From positions 20,365 through 84,364 of the forward strand of contig JBCNVI010000007.1 of assembly GCA_039630235.1 (NCBI GenBank): a stretch of DNA of 64,000 nt. The letters run 5' to 3'. The stretch comes from Candidatus Hydrothermales bacterium (GTDB lineage: Bacteria > Hydrothermota > Hydrothermia > Hydrothermales > JAJRUZ01). Shown one piece after another: positions 19,352-28,924 of the stretch. The first letter of the stretch is position 1, and the number at the start of each line of letters is the position of its first letter. The position numbers and the translations under genes are program-made. Under the pieces are notes generated by a model. It made no database searches. It was not told the origin of the DNA and saw nothing but the letters and a program-made list of their open reading frames with translations.

Positions 19352-20566
19352 ATGAGTAAGCCTAAATTTGAGAGAAAGAAGGTACATGTTAATGTTGGTA
19401 CAATAGGTCATATTGACCATGGTAAAACTACTTTAACTTCTGCTATCACAAAGGTGCTATCTAAGTATGGTCTTGCCGTAGAGCAGGAGTATGAGCAAGT
19501 AGCAAAGGCTGATGTTAAGCTCTTTAGGAGGGATGAAACTAAGATTTTGACTGTTAACCTTGCCCATGTTGAGTATGAATCAGAAAAAAGACACTATGCT
19601 CACATTGATTGTCCAGGTCATCATGACTACATAAAGAACATGATAACAGGTGCTGCTCAAATGGACGGTGCAATTTTGGTAGTTTCAGCCGTTGATTCAG
19701 TGATGCCCCAAACAAGGGAACATGTTCTTTTGGCAAGACAAGTGAATGTACCGTATATAATTGTATTCATCAATAAAGTAGACGCAATAGATGACCCTGC
19801 AATAGTGGATCTTGTTGAAGAAGAGGTTAGAGATCTTCTGAAAAAATACGAGTTTCCTGGAGACGCAGTTCCAGTTATAAGAGGAAGTGCTTTAAATGCA
19901 ATGAGATGTGGCTGTGGCAAAAGGGAATGTGAACATTGTGGTAAGATCTGGGAGCTAATAGATGCAATGGATAATTATATTCCGGATCCTATAAGAGAGA
20001 TAGATAAACCCTTCCTGATGGCTATAGAAGATGTTTTTTCAATTACGGGTAGAGGAACAGTTGTAACAGGAAGAGTCGAAAGAGGAATTTTAAGACCCGG
20101 AGATGAGGTAGAAATTGTTGGGTTTGGTCCGACTAGAAAGACTGTAGCTACATCTTTGGAAATGTTTAGAAAAGTTCTTGATGAGGCAAGGGCTGGAGAT
20201 AACGTTGGAGTTCTCTTAAGAGGAATTGGTAAAGATGAGGTAGAAAGAGGAATGGTACTTGCAAAGCCTAATACTATAAATCCTCATACCAGATTTAGGG
20301 CTCAAGTATATGTTCTCACAAAGGAGGAGGGAGGAAGGCACACCCCATTCTTTTCTGGTTATAAACCTCAATTTTACTTCAGGACAACAGATGTAACCGG
20401 TTCAATTAAATTGCCCGAAGGTGTAGAAATGGTAATGCCTGGAGATCATGTTAACCTTGAGGTAGAACTAATGTATCCTGTGGCTATGGAAAAAGAGCTT
20501 AGGTTTGCTATAAGAGAGGGTGGAAAAACAGTTGGTGCAGGAATTATAACTGAAATAATAGAGTAG
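19352..20566 (+). CDS. tuf: Elongation factor Tu (with a Cys4 insertion in the domain-I loop)
   Basis: [41 protein letters not shown]. Thermophile-type loop ..[14 protein letters not shown] preceded by [13 protein letters not shown]. Confidence 0.95.
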   Translation: MSKPKFERKKVHVNVGTIGHIDHGKTTLTSAITKVLSKYGLAVEQEYEQVAKADVKLFRRDETKILTVNLAHVEYESEKRHYAHIDCPGHHDYIKNMITGAAQMDGAILVVSAVDSVMPQTREHVLLARQVNVPYIIVFINKVDAIDDPAIVDLVEEEVRDLLKKYEFPGDAVPVIRGSALNAMRCGCGKRECEHCGKIWELIDAMDNYIPDPIREIDKPFLMAIEDVFSITGRGTVVTGRVERGILRPGDEVEIVGFGPTRKTVATSLEMFRKVLDEARAGDNVGVLLRGIGKDEVERGMVLAKPNTINPHTRFRAQVYVLTKEEGGRHTPFFSGYKPQFYFRTTDVTGSIKLPEGVEMVMPGDHVNLEVELMYPVAMEKELRFAIREGGKTVGAGIITEIIE

Positions 20567-20571
20567 AAAAT

Positions 20572-20895
20572 ATGCCAATAACAGAAAAGATAAGGATAAA
20601 GTTGAAAAGTTACGATGCAAGACTTATTGAAAAATCGGCAAAAAGAATAGCTTTAACAGCTCGTGGAACAGGAGCTGATGTAAGGGGCCCTATTCCATTA
20701 CCAACGAAAAAAACATTAATAAGCGTAATAAGAAGTCCTTTTGTTCATAAAACTTCAAGAGAACAGTTTTTTTATTGTGTTCATAAGAGATTAATAGAGA
20801 TAATAAATCCGACCCAAGAGACAGTTGAAAAGCTCTCAAAGCTTGATCTTCCAGCAGGTGTCGATGTGAAGATTGAAGTGAGTGTGGAAAGATGA
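20572..20895 (+). CDS. rpsJ: 30S ribosomal protein S10
   Basis: IRIKLKSYDARLIEKSAKRIA..RGPIPLPTKK..SPFVHKTSREQFE-like: canonical S10. Confidence 0.95.
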   Translation: MPITEKIRIKLKSYDARLIEKSAKRIALTARGTGADVRGPIPLPTKKTLISVIRSPFVHKTSREQFFYCVHKRLIEIINPTQETVEKLSKLDLPAGVDVKIEVSVER

Positions 20896-21539
20896 AAGCA
20901 CTCCTGGCAAAAAAGATTGGCATGACAAGAATACCCTTTGAAGAAAGTATTGTTCCCTGTACACTACTACATGTAGATAATGTATATGTAATGGGAATAA
21001 GAACTAAAGAAAAAGACGGTTATTCGGCAGTAAAGCTCTGTATTGGAAGAAAAAAGGCAAAAAAGATGAAAAGGCCCCTTTTAGGGGAGTTTAAAAAGGT
21101 TTTTGGAGATAGAGAAGAGTATCCTGCTGAGTTAATTAAAGAAGTAAGGGGGGAATTTGATCCGCAAATTTATAGCGTTGGAGCAGAACTTTCACCTTCA
21201 ATTTTTGAGCCTGGAGAGGTTGTAGATGTTATTGGGTATACAAAGGGAAGAGGTTTTGCTGGGGTTGTTAAAAGATGGGATTTTGCTGGAGGACCCGCTT
21301 CCCACGGTTCAATGTCTCATAGAAGACCTGGTTCAATAGGTCAAACAACAGATCCGGGAAGAGTTTGGAAAGGAAAAAGGATGGCTGGACACTATGGAAA
21401 TGAAAGAGAGGCCGTTCATAACCTGAAAGTTGTATACGTTGATGTGGATAATAAGATTATAGGTCTAAAAGGATCTGTTCCTGGTCCAAATGGGTCGGTT
21501 GTAATTATAAGGAGTCCTAAAAGGGTAAAAAAGAAATGA
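20892..21539 (+). CDS. rplC: 50S ribosomal protein L3
   Basis: MKALLAKKIGMTRIP..GYTKGRGFAGVVKRW.. L3 signature. 4-nt overlap with rpsJ. Confidence 0.95.
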   Translation: MKALLAKKIGMTRIPFEESIVPCTLLHVDNVYVMGIRTKEKDGYSAVKLCIGRKKAKKMKRPLLGEFKKVFGDREEYPAELIKEVRGEFDPQIYSVGAELSPSIFEPGEVVDVIGYTKGRGFAGVVKRWDFAGGPASHGSMSHRRPGSIGQTTDPGRVWKGKRMAGHYGNEREAVHNLKVVYVDVDNKIIGLKGSVPGPNGSVVIIRSPKRVKKK

Positions 21540-22183
21540 AAGCTAAAGTCTTTGATATAACAGGAAAAGAAGTTGGCGAAAGAGAATTGCCCCACTATAT
21601 TTTTGATCTGAAACCTAACATACATTTACTTTGGCTAGTGACAAAATATTACTTATCAAGATGGAGAGTGGGGTCGGCAAATACAAAAACAAGGGGAGAG
21701 GTAAGAGGTGGTGGAAGAAAACCCTGGCCTCAAAAACATACTGGTTGGGCAAGACACGGATCTATTAGATCTCCAATATGGAGAAAGGGGGGAGTTGTTT
21801 TCGGCCCAAAACCAAGAGATTTTTCAATAAGTGTTCCCTATAAGGCCAGGCTAAAAGCTCTATATATAGCATTAAGCGATAGAGCAAGAGATAAAAGGAT
21901 CAAGGTGTTAACAGGTCTAAATGATTTAGCGCTAAAAACAAAAGAGGGGGAGAGGGTTATAAGTAATCTCGGTTTAAATGATACAAAGGTTATTCTTCTA
22001 TTCGCAGACAATGAAAGAAAGCACTTTTTAGCCTTTAGAAATATTGAAAAGGTCACCTGTAAAAGAGCTATAGATGTTAATGCCTACGATATTTTAAATT
22101 CTAAATTTGTAGTTTTTTCGGATGAGGGCCTTAGTGAGTTTTTGAAAGTAAGGGGAGGGTTAAAAAGTGAAGAGTCCCTATGA
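21536..22183 (+). CDS. rplD: 50S ribosomal protein L4
   Basis: Position and size (215 aa). KPWPQKHTGWARHGSIRSPIWRKGGVVFGPKPR L4 signature. Confidence 0.93.
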   Translation: MKAKVFDITGKEVGERELPHYIFDLKPNIHLLWLVTKYYLSRWRVGSANTKTRGEVRGGGRKPWPQKHTGWARHGSIRSPIWRKGGVVFGPKPRDFSISVPYKARLKALYIALSDRARDKRIKVLTGLNDLALKTKEGERVISNLGLNDTKVILLFADNERKHFLAFRNIEKVTCKRAIDVNAYDILNSKFVVFSDEGLSEFLKVRGGLKSEESL

Positions 22184-22460
22184 TATTATAATTTCGCCCA
22201 TTATTACTGAGAAGGGAACCTTTTTAAGGGGGAGGTCAAATTACTACGTATTTAAAGTTAGAAAAGACGCCAATAAAAAGGAGATAAAGTGGGCAATTGA
22301 AAATCTTTACAAGGTAAAAGTTGAAAAGGTCAGAACTGTTAATGTTAAGCCAAAGCCAAAAAGGTTAAGACATAGACTATACGGCAGAACGTCTGCTTGG
22401 AAAAAGGCATATGTTAAATTAAAAGAGGGGGAAACAATACCTTTATATGAAGGAGTTTAA
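22167..22460 (+). CDS. rplW: 50S ribosomal protein L23
   Basis: YDIIISPIITEKGT..YVFKVRKDANKKEIKWAIENLYKVKVEKVRTVN: L23. Confidence 0.93.
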   Translation: MKSPYDIIISPIITEKGTFLRGRSNYYVFKVRKDANKKEIKWAIENLYKVKVEKVRTVNVKPKPKRLRHRLYGRTSAWKKAYVKLKEGETIPLYEGV

Positions 22461-22472
22461 AAAGGAGATAAC

Positions 22473-23294
22473 ATGGGTATAAAAAGATATAAGCCCTATA
22501 CGCCATCAAGAAGGTTTATGACAGGATATACCTTTGAAGAGATTACAAAGACAGAACCTGAGAAAAGCTTAGTTGTACCGCTAAAAAAGAAGGCTGGTAG
22601 AAACAACCAAGGTAGGATAACTATAAGGTTTAGGGGCGGGGGTCACAAAAGACTATATAGGATCATTGATTTTAAAAGAGATAAGTTTGGTATACCTGCA
22701 GAGGTTTTAAGTATTGAGTACGATCCAAACAGAACAGCAAGAATAGCCCTTTTGTGTTATAAAGATGGCGAAAAAAGATATATACTTGCTCCAGAGGGTT
22801 TAAAGGTAGGTGATGAGGTTGTTTCTGGTCCTGGCTCTCCCTTAAAAGTTGGAAATGCCTTACCACTTTCAGAAATCCCTGAAGGAATGGAAATTCATAA
22901 TATAGAACTTGTTCCTGGTAGAGGTGGTAAATTAGTAAAAGCTGCAGGATCTGCTGCTGTTATTTTGGCAAAAGAGGGAAATTATGCTCATGTTCAGCTT
23001 CCATCGGGTGAAATAAGACTTATAAACCAGAAGTGCTTGGCAACCTTAGGAAGAGTTTCAAATGTTGACCACGAGAACATAGTTATAGGAAAGGCAGGAA
23101 GAAAAAGATGGATGGGTAGAAGGCCTCATGTAAGAGGTACAGCAATGAACCCATGTGATCATCCTCATGGGGGTGGAGAAGGGAGAACAAAAGGTAAAAT
23201 TCCTAAAACTCCATGGGGGAAAATAACAAAGGGTAAAAAAACAAGAAATCCCAGAAAAGTTTCAAGTAGATTTATAATTAAAAGGAGAAAATAA
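22473..23294 (+). CDS. rplB: 50S ribosomal protein L2
   Basis: [15 protein letters not shown]2 signature. 273 aa. Confidence 0.95.
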   Translation: MGIKRYKPYTPSRRFMTGYTFEEITKTEPEKSLVVPLKKKAGRNNQGRITIRFRGGGHKRLYRIIDFKRDKFGIPAEVLSIEYDPNRTARIALLCYKDGEKRYILAPEGLKVGDEVVSGPGSPLKVGNALPLSEIPEGMEIHNIELVPGRGGKLVKAAGSAAVILAKEGNYAHVQLPSGEIRLINQKCLATLGRVSNVDHENIVIGKAGRKRWMGRRPHVRGTAMNPCDHPHGGGEGRTKGKIPKTPWGKITKGKKTRNPRKVSSRFIIKRRK

Positions 23295-23297
23295 ACT

Positions 23298-23597
23298 ATG
23301 GCAAGGTCAAGTAAAAAAGGAGTTTATGTAGATCTTAAGCTTTTAAAAAAAGTTTTAAAGGCAAAACAAAGTGGAGACACAACGCCCATAAAGACTTATT
23401 CACGAAGGAGCACCATTATCCCTGAAATGGTGGGACTAACGATACAGGTACACAACGGTAGAAAGTTTATTCCGGTTTATATAACAGAGCTTATGGTAGG
23501 GCATAAGCTTGGTGAGTTTTCACCAACAAGAACCTTTAGAGGACACAAGAGTAAAAGAGAAAAGGAAGCAGCAAAAGAAACAAAAAAAGAGGGGTAA
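23298..23597 (+). CDS. rpsS: 30S ribosomal protein S19 (with a Lys/Glu-rich C-terminal tail)
   Basis: [49 protein letters not shown]: S19. Confidence 0.95.
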   Translation: MARSSKKGVYVDLKLLKKVLKAKQSGDTTPIKTYSRRSTIIPEMVGLTIQVHNGRKFIPVYITELMVGHKLGEFSPTRTFRGHKSKREKEAAKETKKEG

Positions 23598-23598
23598 A

Positions 23599-23952
23599 AT
23601 GGTTGAGGGAGTTGCAAGGATAAAGTATTTAAGAACTTCTTTTAAAAAGTCTAAGAGAGTTTGTGAGGCAATAAGAGGTAAAACTGTAAAAGAAGCCTTA
23701 GATATTTTATATTTCCTTACGAAAAAACCTGCTAAATTGTTATATAAGGCTGTAAAATCTGCATGTAATTCTTATGCTGTAAAAAAGGGAATTAAGTTTG
23801 ATGAAGTTGATTTAAAAAATTTAAGGGTTAAGATTTGTAAAGTAGATAAGGGTCCAACTTGGAGAATTTTAAGACCTGGATTTAGAGGGGTACCGCGTAT
23901 TGCAAGAAGACACACAGCTCATTTTACAGTTGTGGTAGAGGAGGTAAAGTAA
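23599..23952 (+). CDS. rplV: 50S ribosomal protein L22
   Basis: MVEGVARIKYLRTSFKKSKRVCEAIRGKTVKEALDIL.. L22. The track ORF start at 23509 overlaps rpsS out of frame; true start is ATG 23599, 2 nt after the rpsS stop. Confidence 0.92.
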   Translation: MVEGVARIKYLRTSFKKSKRVCEAIRGKTVKEALDILYFLTKKPAKLLYKAVKSACNSYAVKKGIKFDEVDLKNLRVKICKVDKGPTWRILRPGFRGVPRIARRHTAHFTVVVEEVK

Positions 23953-23953
23953 T

Positions 23954-24610
23954 ATGGGACAAAAAGTTCATCCTTATGGTTTTAGACTCGGTATACATAA
24001 GGATTGGAAGGCTCATTGGTTTGCTGATAGGAAGTCTGAATATGTAAAGTATTTCGAGGAAGATAATAAAATTAGATCTTATCTGAGGGAAAGATATAAA
24101 GATGCAAGGGTATCTGATATTGTTATTGATAGAGCTGGAGAGCAGATAACTGTGACGATTCATACTGCTTCTCCTGGTATGGTTATAGGTCAAAAGGGGA
24201 AAGAAATAGAACTTGTTAAAAAAGAACTTTCTACGTTTATAAAAAATGAGAACATTACTATACATGTTCAAGAGATAAGAGTTCCAGAACTTGATGCTCA
24301 GCTTGTTGCTGATGGTATTGCAAGAAGGATAGAACAGCAGGTATCTCATAGGAGGGCAATGAAAAGAGCAGTTTCCCAAGCTCTAAGGATGGGAGCAAAG
24401 GGTATAAAAGTTCAATGCAAGGGAAGACTTCAAGGAGCTGAGCTTGCAAGGAAAGAAGGGTATATGCAAGGTAGAGTTCCTTTACAGACTATAAGGGCAG
24501 ATATTGATTACGGTTTTTCGACTGCCTTTACAAGGTATGGAACAATAGGAGTTAAGGTTTGGATATATAAAGGTGATATTCTTGAAAAACCAGAAATCGA
24601 GGAGGTCTAA
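23954..24610 (+). CDS. rpsC: 30S ribosomal protein S3
   Basis: [30 protein letters not shown].. KH-domain plus S3 C-terminal domain. Confidence 0.95.
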   Translation: MGQKVHPYGFRLGIHKDWKAHWFADRKSEYVKYFEEDNKIRSYLRERYKDARVSDIVIDRAGEQITVTIHTASPGMVIGQKGKEIELVKKELSTFIKNENITIHVQEIRVPELDAQLVADGIARRIEQQVSHRRAMKRAVSQALRMGAKGIKVQCKGRLQGAELARKEGYMQGRVPLQTIRADIDYGFSTAFTRYGTIGVKVWIYKGDILEKPEIEEV

Positions 24611-24612
24611 AT

Positions 24613-25032
24613 ATGCTTCAGCCAAAAAGAATGAAATATAGAAAACAACATAGGGGAAGAAGGAAAGGAAAAGCTATTGATGGGTGTTATCTTGCTTTTG
24701 GTGAGTATGGTTTAAAGGCACTTGAGTCAGCCTGGATTAAGGCAAATCAGATAGAGGCTTGCAGGTTAGCTATTGGAAGATATTTAAAAAAGGGTGGTAA
24801 GTTATGGATAAGGATTTTCCCTGATAAACCTGTTACTAAAAAGCCTGCAGAAACGAGAATGGGAAAGGGTAAGGGAAATGTTGATCATTATGTGGCTGTT
24901 GTTAAAAGAGGTAGAATTCTTTTTGAACTTGCTGGTGTTTCAGAAGATGTTGCAAGGAGAGCTCTTGAGTTAGCCTCTCACAAGTTACCAATAAAAACAA
25001 GATTTGTGACTCAAAAGGAGGGAGGATGGTGA
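24613..25032 (+). CDS. rplP: 50S ribosomal protein L16
   Basis: [44 protein letters not shown]: L16. Confidence 0.95.
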   Translation: MLQPKRMKYRKQHRGRRKGKAIDGCYLAFGEYGLKALESAWIKANQIEACRLAIGRYLKKGGKLWIRIFPDKPVTKKPAETRMGKGKGNVDHYVAVVKRGRILFELAGVSEDVARRALELASHKLPIKTRFVTQKEGGW

Positions 25033-25226
25033 AGGCATCTGAACTAAGAGAACTTGATCAGGATGAACTTTTAAGAATTCTAAAAGAATTAAATGAAAAA
25101 TTATTTGAGCTAAGAACTAAGAAAGTTTTAGGTAGTCTTGAGAAACCTACTGATATTAGAAAAGTTAAGAGGGATATTGCGAGAGTCAAAACAGTTCTAA
25201 GAGAAAAATTTGGAAAGAATTATTAG
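25026..25226 (+). CDS. rpmC: 50S ribosomal protein L29
   Basis: [30 protein letters not shown].. L29. The ribosomal cluster ends here; rpsQ/rplN etc. are absent downstream. Confidence 0.93.
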   Translation: MVKASELRELDQDELLRILKELNEKLFELRTKKVLGSLEKPTDIRKVKRDIARVKTVLREKFGKNY

Positions 25227-25241
25227 AAATTATTTATAAAT

Positions 25242-26294
25242 GTGAAAAAAATTTTAAAATTTTTTGAATTCTTTCTTGGTAATGAGATTGCGATAGATTT
25301 AGGAACGGCGACGACTTTGATTTATCTAAAAGAAAAGGGAATTGTACTTGATGAACCCTCAGTAGTTGCTGTAGAAAGAGAGTCTGGAAAGGTTATAGCA
25401 GTGGGAAACGAGGCTAAGAAAATGTTAGGTAAAACTCCAGGTGAGATTGTGGCAAAGAGGCCAATGAAAGACGGTGTTATAGCTGATTTTGCTCTAGTTC
25501 AAGAAATGCTTCACTATTTCATTACAAAAGTAACTAAAAAGTCCTTATTTGTACATCCAAAAATTTTAATATGTGTTCCCTCAGGAATAACAGATGTAGA
25601 AATTAGAGCCGTAAGGGATTCAGCAATTCAGGCAGGAGCAAGAGAAGTCTATCTTGTTTCAGAGCCTATAGCTGCAGCAGTTGGAATAGGTCTTCCTATT
25701 TCAGAACCCGTTGGAAACATGGTAATAGATATCGGCGGTGGAACTACTGAAATTGCAGTGATTGCACTAAACGGAATTGTTTCAAGTGTCTCTATACGTG
25801 TTGCTGGTGATGAGTTAGATGAAGCAATTATAGAGTATATTAAAAGGAAGTATAACGTTTTAATAGGGGATCAGACTGCTGAAAGGATTAAGATTGAAAT
25901 TGGGAACTGTTTGCCAATTGGGGATGAAAGGGAGATGGAAGTTAGAGGAAGGGATTTAGTAAGGGGTGTTCCCAGAACAATTAAGATAACTTCACAGGAA
26001 GTGAGGGAAGCTCTAAGAGAACCTCTTGCTCAGATAATAGACTCTACAAAGAAGGCTCTTGATAAGACACCTCCAGAACTTTCCTCAGATATTATAGATA
26101 GAGGTATCTATTTGACAGGAGGTGGAGCTTTACTTAGAAATTTGGATGTTTTGATTCAGGAAGCTACAGGTCTTCCTGTGAGAGTTGCTGATGATCCAAG
26201 GACTTGTGTAGTAAGAGGAGCTGGAAAAATACTTGATAACTTTGAAATGTATGAGAAGGTTCTTTTAAAAGAAAGAAAAAAAATATTTGAGTAA
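25242..26294 (+). CDS. mreB: Rod shape-determining protein MreB
   Basis: Actin-fold motifs IAIDLGTATTLIY, DEPSVVAV, VDIGGGTTEIAV, YLTGGGALLRNLD. GTG start only 15 nt after the rpmC stop. Confidence 0.9.
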   Translation: MKKILKFFEFFLGNEIAIDLGTATTLIYLKEKGIVLDEPSVVAVERESGKVIAVGNEAKKMLGKTPGEIVAKRPMKDGVIADFALVQEMLHYFITKVTKKSLFVHPKILICVPSGITDVEIRAVRDSAIQAGAREVYLVSEPIAAAVGIGLPISEPVGNMVIDIGGGTTEIAVIALNGIVSSVSIRVAGDELDEAIIEYIKRKYNVLIGDQTAERIKIEIGNCLPIGDEREMEVRGRDLVRGVPRTIKITSQEVREALREPLAQIIDSTKKALDKTPPELSSDIIDRGIYLTGGGALLRNLDVLIQEATGLPVRVADDPRTCVVRGAGKILDNFEMYEKVLLKERKKIFE

Positions 26295-26946
26295 ATTACT
26301 TTATTTTTTTCTTTTAATTTTTTTTTCGCTTTTAACATTCAGTAAGAAGGTTAGAGGATTTATTGATGAGAAAATTGAAAGTTATGTTTATTATCCTTAT
26401 TTTTTTGCTTATAATGAAATACATTCTTTTTTTTATATAAGGAGTAAAAAGCTTGAAGGTTTAAAGTTTAAACTGAAAAAGGAGGAGGTTCCTCTCTTTG
26501 TTAGTTTTCCTGTATATTATGATGAATTTCCTTATCCAAAAATTCTAATTTTAAAAGGAGAAGGAAAAAAGGGAGATGTAGTTGTAACTGAAAATGCACT
26601 GGTTGGTAAAGTTATAGAGGTTAAAAAGAACTTTTTAAAGGTTAAAACTGTTTTTAATGAGGAATTTAAGTGTTCTTTAATTTCAAAGTATAATCTTTTA
26701 TCTATTTATCAAGGAACCGGTGGAAGATTTGGAATTGTTAATTTTTATCCCACTTGGGGTGAAATAAAAAAGGGTGATACTTTATATACAAGTGGCATAA
26801 CTGAAAATTTTCCTAAGGGTATCCCTGCCTTTATAGTAGACAGTATAATAAAAAAAAGAAGCGATATCTTTTTTGAGTTATACGTTTCTCCTTTGTGGAA
26901 ACCAGAGAAGTATTGTTTATATTATGTTGTCCCACCTTCACGATGA
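26287..26946 (+). CDS. mreC: Rod shape-determining protein MreC (short form)
   Basis: N-terminal TM. Beta-domain with GDVVVTE..GKV.. and YTSGITENFPKGIPAFIV (MreC GD-VVTSG..FP.GIPVG pattern). Position after mreB. Confidence 0.7.
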   Translation: MSKLLYFFLLIFFSLLTFSKKVRGFIDEKIESYVYYPYFFAYNEIHSFFYIRSKKLEGLKFKLKKEEVPLFVSFPVYYDEFPYPKILILKGEGKKGDVVVTENALVGKVIEVKKNFLKVKTVFNEEFKCSLISKYNLLSIYQGTGGRFGIVNFYPTWGEIKKGDTLYTSGITENFPKGIPAFIVDSIIKKRSDIFFELYVSPLWKPEKYCLYYVVPPSR

Positions 26947-27347
26947 ACAATTTTTTAATTTTTGTTTTTAATCTATCTTTTATACTCCCAGTATCAAAAA
27001 TTTTTTTTCCAGACCTACCCATTGATATATCTTTGATTTTTATGTTTCTTATAGTTGTAAATAATCTAAAACCCTTAAGTTTTTTGTATCTCTTTATTTT
27101 TGGAATTTTCTACGATTATTTTTCAAAGGTTCCTATCACTTTCTTTTTGATAGTAACTTTCATGGTTTATTATTACCTTAAGAATAAACTTAACTTTTCA
27201 CTTTTTGTTTTGAAGATTTTTAGGAATGCCTTTATATTTATCCCTCTCACTCTTGTAAAGGGTTTTTCTTTCTTTTTTCTAACTTTTGTTTTTTTCTCTT
27301 TGATTGAAATTATACCATGGAGGAGAATTTTGGAATTAAAATTTTAA
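26943..27347 (+). CDS. mreD: Rod shape-determining protein MreD-like polytopic membrane protein
   Basis: ATGA overlap with the mreC stop. Very hydrophobic 134-aa protein in canonical mreD position. The track ORF start at 26895 is internal to mreC. Confidence 0.6.
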   Translation: MNNFLIFVFNLSFILPVSKIFFPDLPIDISLIFMFLIVVNNLKPLSFLYLFIFGIFYDYFSKVPITFFLIVTFMVYYYLKNKLNFSLFVLKIFRNAFIFIPLTLVKGFSFFFLTFVFFSLIEIIPWRRILELKF

Positions 27348-28924
27348 AATCCTTTTTAATTCTTTCAGTTCTTTTGTTCTTTCTAAAAATTTTTGATTAT
27401 CAAGTTATAAAAGGAGAATTTTTTGAAAAAAAGGCTATTGAGTTTAAGTCTAAAAAGATAAGGATACCTTCTAAGAGAGGAAAAATTTTAGATAGAAATG
27501 GATTAGAAGTAGCGTATTGGCGCACAGGTTTCAGATTATTAAAAGGCGACTCCTTATATAAAGAGGATGTTCAAATGGAGGAAGTCGTTAAGTATTTAGA
27601 AGATCCAGACTCTTCAAAGATTTTTAATGTCTACGCTTTATTATATAGGTATTATCCCCACGAGAATATTTTTGCTCAAACTATTGGCTACACAGGTCTC
27701 CCTGATAAGATAGAGGTTAAAAGAGGGATTGATCCACTTTTAAGAATAGGGAAAACTGGTTTAGAAAAATTTTATGATGATATTTTAAGAGGTACTGATG
27801 GTTTTAAATTTCTTTTGATGGATGTAAAGGGGAAAATTTATAACAGAGAAACAAGACCCCCACTTGAGCCAATTGACGGTAAAGATATAACTGTTAACCT
27901 TGATATGGAACTTGGAAAATATATAGATTCTATTTTTAAACCTTACGGTAGAGGTGCTTGTGTTGTAATGGAGTCTCAGACAGGTGAAGTTTTAGCGTTA
28001 TATTCAAAACCCTCTTATAATCTAAATTATCTTACGGGAAAAACTGAAAAAGAAGAGCTAGCTAAGGTGGTGAATGATTCTTCTAATCCACTTTTAAATA
28101 GATGTATTCAAGGTTTATACCCACCCGGTAGTATCTTTAAAGTTATCACGGCTTTAATAGCTTTAGAAGAGAATTTAATAGATACAAATAAGGTTATATA
28201 CTGTGAGGGATTCTATAAGTTTGGAAACAGAGTTTTTAAAGATTGGAAAGAGGAGGGTCATGGTTATGTAAATTTTTATAAAGCTATAGAAGTTTCCTGT
28301 GATGTTTATTTTTATGAACTTTCAAAAAGGATTGGCTTAAAGAGATTTTTAGATTACCTGGAGAAGTTAAGTATTTTTGAAAAAACGGGAATTGATCTAT
28401 ATGAGGAAAAAAGGGGATTTAGACCAAATCTTGAGTTTTACACAAGGAAATATGGAAAGTATGGGTTTGGTGAGGGAAATGTTTTAAATCTTGGAATTGG
28501 TCAAGGAGAGATTCTTATGACTCCCTTGCAGTTAGCACTCTTATTTTCTTTGATTGCATGTGAGGGTAAAACAAAAACTCCTCATCTTTTGAAGGATTTA
28601 AAGGTGCAGGAGATCGAATTGCCCTTTAAAAAGGAAAATATAAGAACTTTAAAAAGGGCTCTTTTAAGAGTAGTTCATGGAGAAAATGGGACAGGTAGGT
28701 TAAGTTATGTTGCAGGTTTAAAAATCGGTGGAAAAACAGGAACAGCTCAAAATCCATTTGGTGAGGATCATGCTCAGTTTGCCTGTTTTTTCCCTTTTGA
28801 TAATCCCAGGTTTACAGTTTATGTAATTGTGGAGAATGCAGGTAAAGGTGGTGAGATAGCCGCTCCGATAGCTGGAAGGCTTGTTAGTTGGCTCAATGAA
28901 AGATATATTAAGGGTTCAAAATAG
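27317..28924 (+). CDS. mrdA: Penicillin-binding protein 2 (elongasome transpeptidase)
   Basis: N-terminal TM, PBP dimerisation domain, transpeptidase motifs SIFK (SxxK), SCD (SxN-like), KTGTA. Canonical position between mreD and rodA. Confidence 0.85.
   Translation: MEENFGIKILKSFLILSVLLFFLKIFDYQVIKGEFFEKKAIEFKSKKIRIPSKRGKILDRNGLEVAYWRTGFRLLKGDSLYKEDVQMEEVVKYLEDPDSSKIFNVYALLYRYYPHENIFAQTIGYTGLPDKIEVKRGIDPLLRIGKTGLEKFYDDILRGTDGFKFLLMDVKGKIYNRETRPPLEPIDGKDITVNLDMELGKYIDSIFKPYGRGACVVMESQTGEVLALYSKPSYNLNYLTGKTEKEELAKVVNDSSNPLLNRCIQGLYPPGSIFKVITALIALEENLIDTNKVIYCEGFYKFGNRVFKDWKEEGHGYVNFYKAIEVSCDVYFYELSKRIGLKRFLDYLEKLSIFEKTGIDLYEEKRGFRPNLEFYTRKYGKYGFGEGNVLNLGIGQGEILMTPLQLALLFSLIACEGKTKTPHLLKDLKVQEIELPFKKENIRTLKRALLRVVHGENGTGRLSYVAGLKIGGKTGTAQNPFGEDHAQFACFFPFDNPRFTVYVIVENAGKGGEIAAPIAGRLVSWLNERYIKGSK

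Noticed and set aside
23509-23598. Upstream extension of rplV (track start 23509)
   Set aside because: It overlaps the C-terminal third of rpsS out of frame. The conserved L22 N-terminus begins at ATG 23599.
19554-24449. Minus-strand ORFs inside tuf, rpsJ, rplC, rplD, rplB, rplV/rpsC (19554..19736, 19657..19920, 20690..20923, 21416..21625, 21838..22056, 22672..22866, 23924..24379, 24258..24449)
   Set aside because: All lie antisense within strongly supported ribosomal/EF genes. They have no RBS and no recognisable domains.
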